Source: an archaeon
Lineage (GTDB): Archaea; Iainarchaeota; Iainarchaeia; Iainarchaeales; 1-14-0-10-31-34
Length of the DNA: 27,040 nt
Reading direction: 5' to 3'
Assembly: GCA_043815885.1 (NCBI GenBank)
Contig: JBDRIL010000020.1
Location: 1 to 27,040 of the forward strand
The notes under the pieces are model-generated. The model saw only the letters and a program-made list of their open reading frames with translations. It searched no databases and was not told the DNA's origin. Below, piece after piece: positions 17,309-26,582 of the stretch (positions are counted from its first letter, which is position 1; every line of letters begins with the position of its first letter). Made by a program: the position numbers and the translations under genes.

Positions 17309-18004
17309 ATGGTTAAAGTTGGGGAAGCGGTAATAGCGCGCTACGAGCATTCAGGAGAAAAGTTTGAAGTACTTGTTGATCCTGACCTCGCAATGGAGTT
17401 AAGGAAAGGAAAGGAAGTGAATTTTGATGAACTCCTTGCATATGAATCAGTATTCAAGGACGCAAACAAGGGCCAGGAATCCTCTCCGGAAACAATGAGA
17501 AAGGTTTTTGGAACAACAGAACTAAAGGAAGTAATAAAAAAAATAATTACTGAAGGAAGAGTGCAGCTGACAACAGAACAAAGAAAGAAAATGCTGGAGC
17601 AGAGAAGAAAGGAAGTAATTTCATTGATTGCCACAAATGCGATTAACCCCCAAACAAAGACACCACATCCTCCGCAAAGGATTGAGAATGCATTAGAGGA
17701 AACAAGAATCCAGATTGACGCAACAAAGAGTGCTTCAGAACAGATTCCAGCAATACTGAAGGAAATAAAGAAATTGATTCCAATTTCAATGGAAAAATTA
17801 AGGATTGCAGTAAAGATTCCTCCAGAGTATGCAGGAAAAGCGGAATTCATTCTGCACAAGTATGATTTAAAGAAAGAGGAATGGCAAAAAGACGGTTCAT
17901 TGGTTGCAGTTTTAGAATTGGCTGCAGGAGTAAAGGCAGAATTATTCAATGAATTAAATAATTTAACCAAAGGAGAAGTAGAAACAAAGATAATAGAGGA
18001 GTAA
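17309..18004 (+). CDS. Ribosome maturation factor SBDS/Sdo1
   Basis: GEKFEVLVDPD, G.VQLTTEQR, INPQT..PHPP.RIE.A, EEWQ.DGS. Confidence 0.96.
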   Translation: MVKVGEAVIARYEHSGEKFEVLVDPDLAMELRKGKEVNFDELLAYESVFKDANKGQESSPETMRKVFGTTELKEVIKKIITEGRVQLTTEQRKKMLEQRRKEVISLIATNAINPQTKTPHPPQRIENALEETRIQIDATKSASEQIPAILKEIKKLIPISMEKLRIAVKIPPEYAGKAEFILHKYDLKKEEWQKDGSLVAVLELAAGVKAELFNELNNLTKGEVETKIIEE

Positions 18005-18016
18005 AGGTGAAAATTA

Positions 18017-18628
18017 ATGACTAAAAAAATTGTTGTTCCGGGAGAACTTGTAACAACAGAGAGAAAGAATTTAGGAGAACACGTTTTCGTCAGAAACGGA
18101 AAGATTTATTCAGATGTAATCGGCTTAGTGGAGGATGATTCAAAGATAGCTAATGTCGTTCCATTAGAGGGATGCTATAAACCCAAAGTAAACGATACAG
18201 TAATTGGAGTGGTTTCAGCAGAAACTTTTTCTGGATTGCTTGTTGACATTAATTCCTTTTATCCATCCTATCTTTCAAAGGAAGCTGTGAGGGAACCATT
18301 AAAGCCAAGCTCAATTGTTTATGGAAAGATTTTTTCAGTGGATGAATTAAATGAAGCAAAAATGGATGAAGTAAGGGTATTTTATGGAGGCCAAATCATA
18401 ACGGTTTCTCCAGTAAAGGTTCCAAGACTCATTGGAAAGAATGGTTCAATGATTGAAGTGCTGAAGAAAGGAACCAACACTAACTTTATGATTGGAAGGA
18501 ATGGATTTATTTGGGCTAAAGGAGGAAACATTGATTTATTTGTTAAAGCAGTCAAAAAAATCGAGAGGGAAGCCCACCTTTCAAATTTAACAAATAAAAT
18601 GACTGATTTTTTGGCTAAGAACAGATAA
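18017..18628 (+). CDS. rrp4: Exosome RNA-binding protein Rrp4
   Basis: IVVPGE, PLEG.Y.PK..D.VIG, KVPRLIGKNGSMI, G.NG.IW. Confidence 0.95.
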   Translation: MTKKIVVPGELVTTERKNLGEHVFVRNGKIYSDVIGLVEDDSKIANVVPLEGCYKPKVNDTVIGVVSAETFSGLLVDINSFYPSYLSKEAVREPLKPSSIVYGKIFSVDELNEAKMDEVRVFYGGQIITVSPVKVPRLIGKNGSMIEVLKKGTNTNFMIGRNGFIWAKGGNIDLFVKAVKKIEREAHLSNLTNKMTDFLAKNR

Positions 18629-19390
18629 ATGGTGAGTGAGTTGAAAATGAAGAAAAAAGAAGAAAAAATTGAATACGTGAATTCAGAAGGAAAAAGACTG
18701 GATGGAAGAAAGATAGATGAATTAAGACCAATTAAAATCGAGGTAGGAGTACTTCCTCAGGCAAGAGGCTCTGCTTACCTTGAATGGGGGCAAAACAAGG
18801 TTATTGCCGCAGTACAAGGCCCAATGGAGGCAATCCCAAAACATATTGCATCTCCTTACAAGGCAGTAATAAGGTTTGATTACCGAATGTCAACCTTTTC
18901 TGTTCCAGACAGAAAAAACCCCAAACCAGGAAGAAGGGATATAGAGATTTCAAAGGTATGCGGGGAGGCATTAGAGAAAGCAGTGTTTGTTGAACAATTC
19001 CCTAATACAATTATCCGTATATGGGCACAGCTTTTAGATTCCAATGCAGGAAGCAGGGTAGCAGCATTAAGTGCTGCTTCAGTTGCTTTGGCTGATGCAG
19101 GAATTCCAATGCATGATTTAGTCAGTGCGGTAGCAGTAGGAAGAGTCGGAGGAAACCTTGTACTGGATTTAAACAAAGATGAAGAAGACGCTGAAGATGC
19201 AGTGGACATGCCTGTAGCGATTCTTCCAAATACAGAGGAAATTGTTTTGCTTCAAATGGATGGATTAATTACTAAGAAGGAAGAAGAGCAATTAATTGAA
19301 CTGGCATTAAAAGGCTGTAAAGAAGTCCACGAAAAACAAATGGAAGCCCTAAAGAAAAAATATGAGTTAGTAGAAGAGGTGAAAAAATGA
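18629..19390 (+). CDS. rrp41: Exosome exonuclease Rrp41 (start may be ATG 18647)
   Basis: RLDGR..DELRPI, GSAYLEWG.NK, P.RR..EISKV, GSR.AA, DMPVA, LLQMDG. Confidence 0.96.
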   Translation: MVSELKMKKKEEKIEYVNSEGKRLDGRKIDELRPIKIEVGVLPQARGSAYLEWGQNKVIAAVQGPMEAIPKHIASPYKAVIRFDYRMSTFSVPDRKNPKPGRRDIEISKVCGEALEKAVFVEQFPNTIIRIWAQLLDSNAGSRVAALSAASVALADAGIPMHDLVSAVAVGRVGGNLVLDLNKDEEDAEDAVDMPVAILPNTEEIVLLQMDGLITKKEEEQLIELALKGCKEVHEKQMEALKKKYELVEEVKK

Positions 19391-20169
19391 GTTCAGAAGG
19401 CTTATTGCAGTTAAAAGCAGAGAATGTAGTGAATTCCTTAAAGGAAGGAAAGAGACTGGATGGAAGAAAGATAGATGAATACAGAAAAATAGTCTTAGAA
19501 AAGAATGTATTTGCTAATGCTGAAGGCTCTGCAAGAGTTTCTTTTGGAGAAACAGTTGTTGCAGTAGGAGTAAAGTTTGTTTTAGGGGAGCCCTTTCCTG
19601 ATTTGCCTGATAAAGGCACAATTGCTGTTGGAGCAGAATTGCTTCCGCTTGCTTCCCCTACATTTGAGTCAGGCCCTCCAAACAATAAATCAATTGAACT
19701 GGCAAGAGTAGTTGACAGAGGAATTAGAGAAAGCAAGGCAATTGACTTCGAGAAACTGTGTGTGGCAGAAGGAGAACTGGTTTGGATTGTATTTATTGAC
19801 ATCTATGCAATAAACTTTGATGGAAACCTGTTTGACGCCAGTTCTTTCGGGGCAATGGCAGCAATGCTTAATGCAAGGATTCCAAAACAGGAAAAAGGAA
19901 AGATAATCAAAAACGAGTACTCAGGGGAATTAAAGTTAAACAGGAAACCATTGCTTTCCACCTTTGCAAAAATAGGTAATAAAATGGTTTTGGACCCGAA
20001 TCTGTTGGAAGAAGAGGCAATGGATGCCAGATTCAGTGTAGCAACAACAGAAGACGATTTTTTGAGCGCTTTCCAGAAAGGAAAAGGCGGTTCTCTAACC
20101 AAAGAAGAAGTGGATTATGCAATTGATACTGCCTTAAAGCAATCAAAGGAAATAAGGAAACTACTGTAA
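19387..20169 (+). CDS. rrp42: Exosome subunit Rrp42
   Basis: AEGSA.V.FG.T, PFPD.P, FESGPP, ELARVVDRGIRES, DGNLFDA. Confidence 0.96.
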   Translation: MSSEGLLQLKAENVVNSLKEGKRLDGRKIDEYRKIVLEKNVFANAEGSARVSFGETVVAVGVKFVLGEPFPDLPDKGTIAVGAELLPLASPTFESGPPNNKSIELARVVDRGIRESKAIDFEKLCVAEGELVWIVFIDIYAINFDGNLFDASSFGAMAAMLNARIPKQEKGKIIKNEYSGELKLNRKPLLSTFAKIGNKMVLDPNLLEEEAMDARFSVATTEDDFLSAFQKGKGGSLTKEEVDYAIDTALKQSKEIRKLL

Positions 20170-20182
20170 GGAGAAAGTCAGG

Positions 20183-20782
20183 ATGGCTAAAACAAAAAAG
20201 GTTCTCAGCACCGGAAGATTCGGAGTAAGGTATGGGGTAGGAATAAGAAAGAGACTGCTGAAGATAGAACTAAAGCAGAGAAAAAAGCATGTCTGTTCTA
20301 TTTGTGGTTTTGGAAAGCTAAGGAGAACCAGTACAGGAATTTATTACTGTAAGAAATGCGACAAAGACTTTTCAGGAGGAGCCTATCTCCCTGAAACAAT
20401 GACTGGGAGAATAATCAAGAAAATGGTCATCCAAAAAAAGTTTTTACCACAGTTAGGGGAATTGATTGAGGCAAGAGAAAAACCGTTTGAAGCAGAAAAA
20501 GTAGTGGAAAAGAAAGAAGAGAAAAAGGAAGACACCGCTTTTTGGAAAAGCAGTGGCGCAAAAGCTGAAGCTTTTTGGAAAAGCAGTGGCGCAAAAGAAG
20601 AAAAGAAAGAAATTGAATCCAAAAAAGACAAGGAAAAGAAGAGAAAGGACTTAAGGGAAACGCAAAAGAAGAGGAGAGAAAAGAAGAAATCAGAGAAAGA
20701 AAAGAAGAAAGACAAAGGAATATTTAAGAGTGTTATCTCTAAATTAAAGAAGGATGAGAAAAAAGGAGTGAAGGCAAAATGA
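20183..20782 (+). CDS. rpl37ae: 50S ribosomal protein L37ae with a long Lys/Glu-rich C-terminal extension
   Basis: GRFGVRYG..IRK, CxxC..TGIY.CxxC..FSGGAY.P within the first ~72 aa. Confidence 0.93.
   Translation: MAKTKKVLSTGRFGVRYGVGIRKRLLKIELKQRKKHVCSICGFGKLRRTSTGIYYCKKCDKDFSGGAYLPETMTGRIIKKMVIQKKFLPQLGELIEAREKPFEAEKVVEKKEEKKEDTAFWKSSGAKAEAFWKSSGAKEEKKEIESKKDKEKKRKDLRETQKKRREKKKSEKEKKKDKGIFKSVISKLKKDEKKGVKAK
20533..20597 (+). repeat. In-frame palindromic repeat family C (33-bp-period dimer), copy 2
   Basis: caccgctttt-tgg-aaaagcagtg hairpin plus gcgcaaaag, partly duplicated; encodes TAFWKSSGAKAEAFWKSSGAK. Confidence 0.9.
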
Positions 20783-20925
20783 AGAAGGGAGGAAGATACA
20801 GGTGCCCAAAGTGCGGGGAAACATTTGATTCTATGCCTGCAACAGTAATTAGGTGCCCTGTCTGCGCCAACAAGATTCTTTTAAAGGTAAGACAGCCAGT
20901 GGCAAAAAATTTAAAGGCACGATAA
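20779..20925 (+). CDS. rpoP: DNA-directed RNA polymerase subunit P (Rpo12), 48 aa
   Basis: Manual translation MKKGGRYRCPKCGETFDSMPATVIRCPVCANKILLKVRQPVAKNLKAR*; ATGA overlap with the rpl37ae stop; canonical position. Not in the ORF track. Confidence 0.93.
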   Translation: MKKGGRYRCPKCGETFDSMPATVIRCPVCANKILLKVRQPVAKNLKAR

Positions 20926-20927
20926 AA

Positions 20928-21179
20928 ATGAAAGAATTTCCTTTTTTTCTTGACCTTGAATTATTTTTTCCAAGCAAGGAAAAAGCAGAAAAGGCATTCA
21001 GGGCAGTGAATCCGGAATTAAAAAGCGAGAAAATGAACAGAAGCACTACAAAAGTAATACTTAAAAAGAATAGTTTTTCCATTAATATTAAGGCAAAGGA
21101 TAAAACAGCATTAAAGGCATCAATTAATTCCTTAATGAAATCAATTAATTTATCATTTTCATTGATTGGAGGAAAATAA
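20928..21179 (+). CDS. pcc1: KEOPS complex subunit Pcc1
   Basis: A...F.AV.PE...RS......I.I.A.D..AL.AS.NS pattern; located between rpoP and pfdB. Confidence 0.88.
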   Translation: MKEFPFFLDLELFFPSKEKAEKAFRAVNPELKSEKMNRSTTKVILKKNSFSINIKAKDKTALKASINSLMKSINLSFSLIGGK

Positions 21180-21180
21180 A

Positions 21181-21531
21181 ATGAATGGCGAACAACAAGA
21201 TATAATGGAATTTGAAAAAACAAGAAACCACTTAATCAATATTTCTGGCCAGAAACAACAGCTTCAATTCCAGAGTACTGCAATGAAGGATGCATTGGAA
21301 GAATTGGAAAAGACAAAGGAAAAAAAGGTTTACAAGGCAGTAGGGAATATCCTTGTCCTGTCTACAGTTGAAGGAGTGAAAAAGGAACTAACACAACAAA
21401 AGGAATCAGCTGATTTACGGGTTAAAACCCTGCAGAAACAGGAAGACCTGACAGTTGAAAAACTGAATAAATTGAGAGCCAGGCTTGAAGCAGGCAGTAA
21501 ACCAGATAAACCCGAAAAAGAAGAAAAGTGA
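21181..21531 (+). CDS. pfdB: Prefoldin subunit beta
   Basis: ALEELE....VYKAVGNILV hairpin flanked by coiled coils; canonical position. Confidence 0.93.
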   Translation: MNGEQQDIMEFEKTRNHLINISGQKQQLQFQSTAMKDALEELEKTKEKKVYKAVGNILVLSTVEGVKKELTQQKESADLRVKTLQKQEDLTVEKLNKLRARLEAGSKPDKPEKEEK

Positions 21532-21535
21532 TTTA

Positions 21536-22553
21536 ATGAAAAAGTTTCCTCTTTTTCTTCATTCACTTAAAGGAAAAAAAATACTCATAATGCCTCATGC
21601 AGGGGCAGACGTTGACGCAATTGCTTCAGCAGGAGCACTCTTTCTTGCACTAAAAAAAAAAATTCAAGCCAAGCATAGTCGTTCCAGAACACATTTCATT
21701 GAATGCAAGGTTCCTAGCAGAAAAATTAAATATTCCTTTTGAGGTGAACACCGATAAAATTGAATTATTTGACGGAATGATTCTTGTTGACTTGAATTCA
21801 GAGGAAATGCTTGGTTCAATGAAGAAAGCAGTTCTTTCCTCCAAAAAACCTGTTTTCTTGATTGATCATCACCTTAAACCAAAAAAATTATTTCTTCCAG
21901 AGAAATTCTCTTTAATAAATGAAAAAAGAGTGAGTTCAACAGAAATAGTTTTTGAATTGCTTAAAGAAAACCATTTTCCAATTGATTCAAAGACTTCATC
22001 ATTGCTTGCCTGCGGCATAATAACTGATTCAGCCGGATTCACTGTTGCGGACAGCAAGACCTTTTCCATGATGTCTTTACTGCTTAAAAAAAGCAATCTC
22101 TCTTTCTTTGAATTGAAACAGTTATTCTTTGTTCCAATGGATGAAAGCCAAAGAATAGCAAAACTAAAGGCAGCAAAGAGGCTCAATCTGCTTAAAATGG
22201 GAAAACACTTAATTGTAACCACTACTGTCGGTTCCTTTGAGGCAGATGCTGCCTCTGCGTTAATCAGGCTTGGAGCATCCCTTGCATTTGCAGGAAACAG
22301 CGATAAAGGCAGAATACGAATCAGTGCCAGAGCAAACAATGCATTTGTAAACGAGACAGGAATAGATTTAGTGAAAGACGTTTTTTCAGTAATTGAAAAA
22401 GAATTCAAAGGCAATAGCGGAGGCCACAGGGCAGCTGCAGCATTCAACGGAAAAGGAAAAGAAATAGAAACCCCCTTAAAGCGATGCATTGAATTAACTG
22501 AAAACTACTTCAAGAAAAAGTCAATTAATTCAACCAAAAAATACTATGATTAA
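21536..22553 (+). CDS. DHH/DHHA1-family phosphoesterase, split by a one-base frameshift in the A11 run at 21652-21662
   Basis: First frame carries PHAGADVDAIASA; second frame carries LVD, IDHH, GI.TDS, SARA, GGH..AA. Deleting one A joins them as LKKKFKPSIVVPEHISLNAR. Confidence 0.88.
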
Positions 22554-22667
22554 TTAAAAAAACTTTTTCTAAACCCTATTTGAATCCAAGGATTCAAAGG
22601 GGCCCATTTGAGTTCCACTCAAATTGGGAGTTTTATCAAAAAACAGTTTTATGCCTTTGGCATAAAA
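22552..22667 (-). repeat. Multi-hairpin repeat family A, long copy 2 (inverted)
   Basis: 94-bp exact match to 17197-17290; terminal hairpin ttttatgcc-ttt-ggcataaaa differs in sequence but keeps pairing. Confidence 0.92.
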
Positions 22668-22702
22668 TAAAAAAATAGAAAAGAAAAAACTTATTCCTTT
22701 TC

Positions 22703-22939
22703 TTAGCAGTTTTTTCCTTCCATGCATGTACTGTGGCACTGCACCCAGTCAGGGCAGTCTGGCGTAGGAGTTACAAGTTCATCACAGGTTTTCGTGCATT
22801 CCTTTGATTTCTGTTCCTGTTGAAGGTAATCTGTTGCAGCTCCTTCTGCTCCAGATCCATTCGTAAAAGCCATTACTATTACGACCCCTACAACCAGCAC
22901 TACTGCGAATATAATGCCCAATCTAATTTTCTTATCCAT
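22703..22939 (-). CDS. Small membrane-anchored or secreted Cys-rich protein (78 aa)
   Basis: SD AGGAG, N-terminal hydrophobic helix, six Cys in the last 30 aa. Confidence 0.7.
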   Translation of the reverse strand: MDKKIRLGIIFAVVLVVGVVIVMAFTNGSGAEGAATDYLQQEQKSKECTKTCDELVTPTPDCPDWVQCHSTCMEGKNC

Positions 22940-23000
22940 TGTTTTTCTCCTCTTAAGTTATATTAATATAATTTAATTATTAAGTTTATAAATACTTTTC

Positions 23001-23306
23001 TCATGCGTTTTTAAAGGAAACAAAGGAACACTTCCTGCATTCCTCTGACTTTTCTGTCAGATACCATCCTTCCTTTAGTTCATCACTGCCTTTAAAGTAA
23101 AAATGAAGGTTTCCCCCTGAATCACAGTATGCATCAGGTAATTCTCCATTGTACTTAAAGCAGTTTTCCGGGGTTACTTGAACTGTAGGAATCATTCCAG
23201 TGGAAGTAGTGGAAAGATAGATTGAAGTAAAATATCCCGCCAAAAAACCAATAAATAAGGCAGCAAAACCAAACTTCCACTTGCCTAATTTTTCTCTTCC
23301 AAACAT
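23001..23306 (-). CDS. Small membrane-anchored hypothetical protein (101 aa)
   Basis: N-terminal TM; SD AGGTGA at the end of the upstream gene; four Cys. Confidence 0.65.
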   Translation of the reverse strand: MFGREKLGKWKFGFAALFIGFLAGYFTSIYLSTTSTGMIPTVQVTPENCFKYNGELPDAYCDSGGNLHFYFKGSDELKEGWYLTEKSEECRKCSFVSFKNA

Positions 23307-23315
23307 TTAACTAAT

Positions 23316-24425
23316 TCACCTCTGTAATCCCTTTAATTTAATGAAAATAATTACTCCAACCAATACAACAAGAATCACTCCAGTGATTACCCCTAAAATA
23401 GATTCGTCTATTTTTATTTTTTGTACGCAGTCATCAGGGCAATTCTCTGCGTTCTCTATTCCTTGCTCGCAGACTCTATCGTAATTGCAGATGCAATCCA
23501 GATCCTCTGTTCTTCCGCACCATGAATTGCAGTGGCCGTCCTTCTTGCAGGTGTTTTTCTCTGGAACAGATATCTGTGTTGTAACTGAATCCTTGCTCTC
23601 TACTCCTTTTCCGGAAACCCCTCTCACTGCATAAGAATAGGTTTTTCCTTCCTCAAAATCCTTATCCAAAAAATTGTTGTCAGAAGTACTTCCAATTAAT
23701 TCGTTTTCCTTGTAAACATTATAACCGAAAGGGACTGTCTTTGAATCCGTCCAACTAATAATTATTCCCTTCTCTGTTATTTCAGCATTTACGTCTTCTG
23801 GAGATTCAACAACTTCCTCCAGTATTACGTCAGCAGGGCAGTCATAAACTGTCTCTCCACAATTCTCCACTCCATCACCGCAGTGAGCACAATTACTGCA
23901 ATATCCTTCCTCTTTATCCAAAGACCATTCCCCTACTACACATTTACAGGAAGAACACTCAACAATCCTTGTTCCATACCCTCTCTTATCCAGATCACAG
24001 GAAGCAGCTTCCTTATTGCAGTCACTTATTTTTTCGCATTCCTCTCCAAACTCTAATTCATTGTCTCCGCACACTGCTACAGATGAAGCCACAGCCACTT
24101 CACTGTAATCAATTCCATGTTCATTTGTTGCTTCAACTTTATAATAATAGATTTTTCCTTTGGCTACCGTTGAATCAGTGTAAGAAGTATAAGCAATATT
24201 CTTTGCATCACTGATTTCTGCATAATTATCGGTTTCATACATTTTCTTGCTTACAGTGAAACGAAGAGGAGTGTCTCCTTCAGCACTCCAATACAAGACA
24301 ATCCTTCCGCTCTTTGGTTCTCCTGTAAAAGAGGTAATCTTTGGAGCATTGTCCTCATCCTGTGCATAAGCCATTCCGCTGAATAAAATCAATACCAAGA
24401 GAATTATTGTCTTTTTCATACCCAT
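23316..24425 (-). CDS. Short FN3/Cys-rich surface protein, paralogue of the C-terminal parts of the two large surface proteins
   Basis: Signal peptide, PKITSF FN3 unit, CGDNELEFGEECE, YCSNCAHCGDG, CKKDGHCN..DCICNYD..NCPDDC, C-terminal TM. Confidence 0.85.
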   Translation of the reverse strand: MGMKKTIILLVLILFSGMAYAQDEDNAPKITSFTGEPKSGRIVLYWSAEGDTPLRFTVSKKMYETDNYAEISDAKNIAYTSYTDSTVAKGKIYYYKVEATNEHGIDYSEVAVASSVAVCGDNELEFGEECEKISDCNKEAASCDLDKRGYGTRIVECSSCKCVVGEWSLDKEEGYCSNCAHCGDGVENCGETVYDCPADVILEEVVESPEDVNAEITEKGIIISWTDSKTVPFGYNVYKENELIGSTSDNNFLDKDFEEGKTYSYAVRGVSGKGVESKDSVTTQISVPEKNTCKKDGHCNSWCGRTEDLDCICNYDRVCEQGIENAENCPDDCVQKIKIDESILGVITGVILVVLVGVIIFIKLKGLQR

Positions 24426-24523
24426 TCAATAAGAATATACTCGTTTAATATTTATTTTTATCCTTCTATTATTGCAATAACTTCCAGAAAACTTTAAATA
24501 GAGAATAATGCTTTAATAAGTAT

Positions 24524-24611
24524 ATCAAAGGACCAAACTATAAAAACAAAATTAGTCCTTTGATAGCTATCAAAAGACATTAAAAAAGTTCCATAACTAA
24601 TGTCTTTTGAT
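24524..24611. repeat. Palindromic repeat family B, tandem degenerate copy (24524-24564) and full copy (24569-24611)
   Basis: atcaaaggac...gtcctttgat followed by atcaaaagacatta...taatgtcttttgat. Confidence 0.8.
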
Positions 24612-24641
24612 ATTAGTCTGAAAGAAAAAAAGGTCTGAATT

Positions 24642-25148
24642 ATGAATGAAAAAGCTTTTTACTTTGATTGGGTAATGCTTGTTCCAATACTGTTAATTGT
24701 ATTTGGCTTGATTGAAGTATTTTTTCTGGCGGTCATTTCTCCATTCAATTATTTGTTTGCATTGATTATTTTTGCTTTAGCCGGATTTATGTTCTGGAGA
24801 ATGCACATGTTTTCCCGCCAGCCCTCCCCAAAAGAATCCTTTCAGCCTTCAAGAGAAGAACCCTTTGCCAGAATTGAGCGAGACACTCCAAAACCTCCCC
24901 AAGTTACTCCTTTAGAGGAAGAAGAAGACGGAAAAAAGAAAATAAGCCTTGATGAATTCATTCTTTCTTCCCCAAAGGAATTCATGGAAAAGACTCCTGC
25001 AGAAAAAGCTCCAAAAAAACACTCCGGAAAAGACTACAAAAAAATGAAGGAAGACGCATTCAAGGAACTACAGGAAGTAGTAAAGCCATCCAAGAAAAAA
25101 ACCCAAGAAGAACTTGAAGAAATCGAAGAAGAAGACGAAGAATTTTAA
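24642..25148 (+). CDS. Hypothetical membrane protein: two N-terminal TM helices and a charged tail with an acidic end
   Basis: Hydrophobic residues ~7-51 followed by a P/E/K-rich region. Confidence 0.75.
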   Translation: MNEKAFYFDWVMLVPILLIVFGLIEVFFLAVISPFNYLFALIIFALAGFMFWRMHMFSRQPSPKESFQPSREEPFARIERDTPKPPQVTPLEEEEDGKKKISLDEFILSSPKEFMEKTPAEKAPKKHSGKDYKKMKEDAFKELQEVVKPSKKKTQEELEEIEEEDEEF

Positions 25149-25153
25149 CTATA

Positions 25154-26107
25154 TTAATCCAGACTGAATTCTTTTTCTTCCACTGATTTTAATTGCATTA
25201 TTGGAGTGCCTTGGGTTACTAATTCTATTAATATGTAAGGGGCTTCTGTTGAAGTGAAAAGCAGTATTCCTCCGCCTGTTTCAGTGCTTGCAATGGATAT
25301 TTTATGGGAAAGCCATCCATTTTTTACTATTGTTCTTTCTAATTCGAATTCAACTCTTGTGTCGGCTTCTCCAGTGAAACTGCCTTTCTTTTCCTTAATT
25401 AATTTCTCTACATCCAATCCTATTCCGCCGTAGACCATTAAAGTGAATGGAAGAAGGAATTCTCCTGAAGCAACTTCATTTGAAGGGGAAAATTTAGTGT
25501 CCTCCTTCATTACATCCTCTTTTCCAAGAACTTCTGTAGCTCCGATCCTCAATACATCCCTGCTTATCCTGAATTTAATGAATCCAATTTTTTCTTCCCC
25601 GGGAAAACCATTGATTACTTCAATGCCTTCCCATTCTCCATCGCTTTCTCTGGTAATGTATGCGTCAATCAATATTTTTTCCTTGCTTTCAGATAACGGT
25701 CCTGGTTCGAGTTCATAGAAGAAGGCTTTTCCTTTCTTGAATTCAATTAAAGGGATATTGAATTCAAATTCCTTTGTCTTTTTTTCTCCTTCTGGAGGCG
25801 TTACAGAAAAGGAAAGCTTATCACTGAACTCACATTTCAATTCCTTTTTATTGTCTCCTTTCCCCAAATCAAGGTATTTAATGCAGAGGCTTTCTCCCTC
25901 TTCATTCAATAACTCAAATTTCGCGTCCTCTACCTCCATACTGCTCCAAATCGAACACTCCAGGACATCTCCTTTTATTTCAAGGGAATCAATCCTTGCC
26001 TCTGGAATTTCTTTTTGTGGCTGACTGCATCCAATTAAAAACAGGATTCCGGCTATTAAAAAAAGCAAACCAATTTTTTTTACATTAAAATTCATTTTAA
26101 TTCTCAT
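25154..26107 (-). CDS. Hypothetical lipoprotein-like secreted protein
   Basis: KK, hydrophobic stretch, then LIGC lipobox-like motif. The start may be the second Met. Confidence 0.72.
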   Translation of the reverse strand: MRIKMNFNVKKIGLLFLIAGILFLIGCSQPQKEIPEARIDSLEIKGDVLECSIWSSMEVEDAKFELLNEEGESLCIKYLDLGKGDNKKELKCEFSDKLSFSVTPPEGEKKTKEFEFNIPLIEFKKGKAFFYELEPGPLSESKEKILIDAYITRESDGEWEGIEVINGFPGEEKIGFIKFRISRDVLRIGATEVLGKEDVMKEDTKFSPSNEVASGEFLLPFTLMVYGGIGLDVEKLIKEKKGSFTGEADTRVEFELERTIVKNGWLSHKISIASTETGGGILLFTSTEAPYILIELVTQGTPIMQLKSVEEKEFSLD

Positions 26108-26427
26108 CCTAAATTCTTTAATTCAATAAAGCATCTCTCGCAAATATATTTATTATTGAAGTAGACTCCTATCTCGTCTCTTTTCCCGCACAAAACGCAT
26201 AAGTCAGGCTTTTCCTTTTTTCTTTTCTCCTGAGCCCAGCTCAATAATAAATCCCATGAAACCCATTTTGGAATCACTACTTCATTCAATACACTTTTAT
26301 CGTTTGAAATAATCCTGTCAATCATGCTTTCCCTGATATGCTTGTCAATGTTTTCCATCCAATTAATCTTTTCTGCATCGCCTTTTCTCTTTAAGTCCAG
26401 GTATTTTTCCTCAAAATAACTCTTCAT
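26104..26427 (-). CDS. Hypothetical protein with a C-terminal Zn ribbon (CVLCG..ICERC)
   Basis: Two CxxC pairs; ATGA overlap with the downstream gene. Confidence 0.7.
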   Translation of the reverse strand: MKSYFEEKYLDLKRKGDAEKINWMENIDKHIRESMIDRIISNDKSVLNEVVIPKWVSWDLLLSWAQEKRKKEKPDLCVLCGKRDEIGVYFNNKYICERCFIELKNLG

Positions 26428-26582
26428 TTAGCCGAGCGAAAAAGACCCCCTTTCTTTAGAAAGAATAGAGGCTTGCTCTTCCCTCCTTTTCTTTTGTAGG
26501 AGAAATTGTTTGTGGGAAAAAGTTCACAGGCAATCTACTCTCTCCCGAAAAAATATTTAAGGAGAAATATTCTTTTTTTATT

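Noticed and set aside
20853..20927. Extended start of the pcc1 ORF
   Set aside because: It overlaps rpoP in another frame; ATG 20928 directly follows the rpoP stop.
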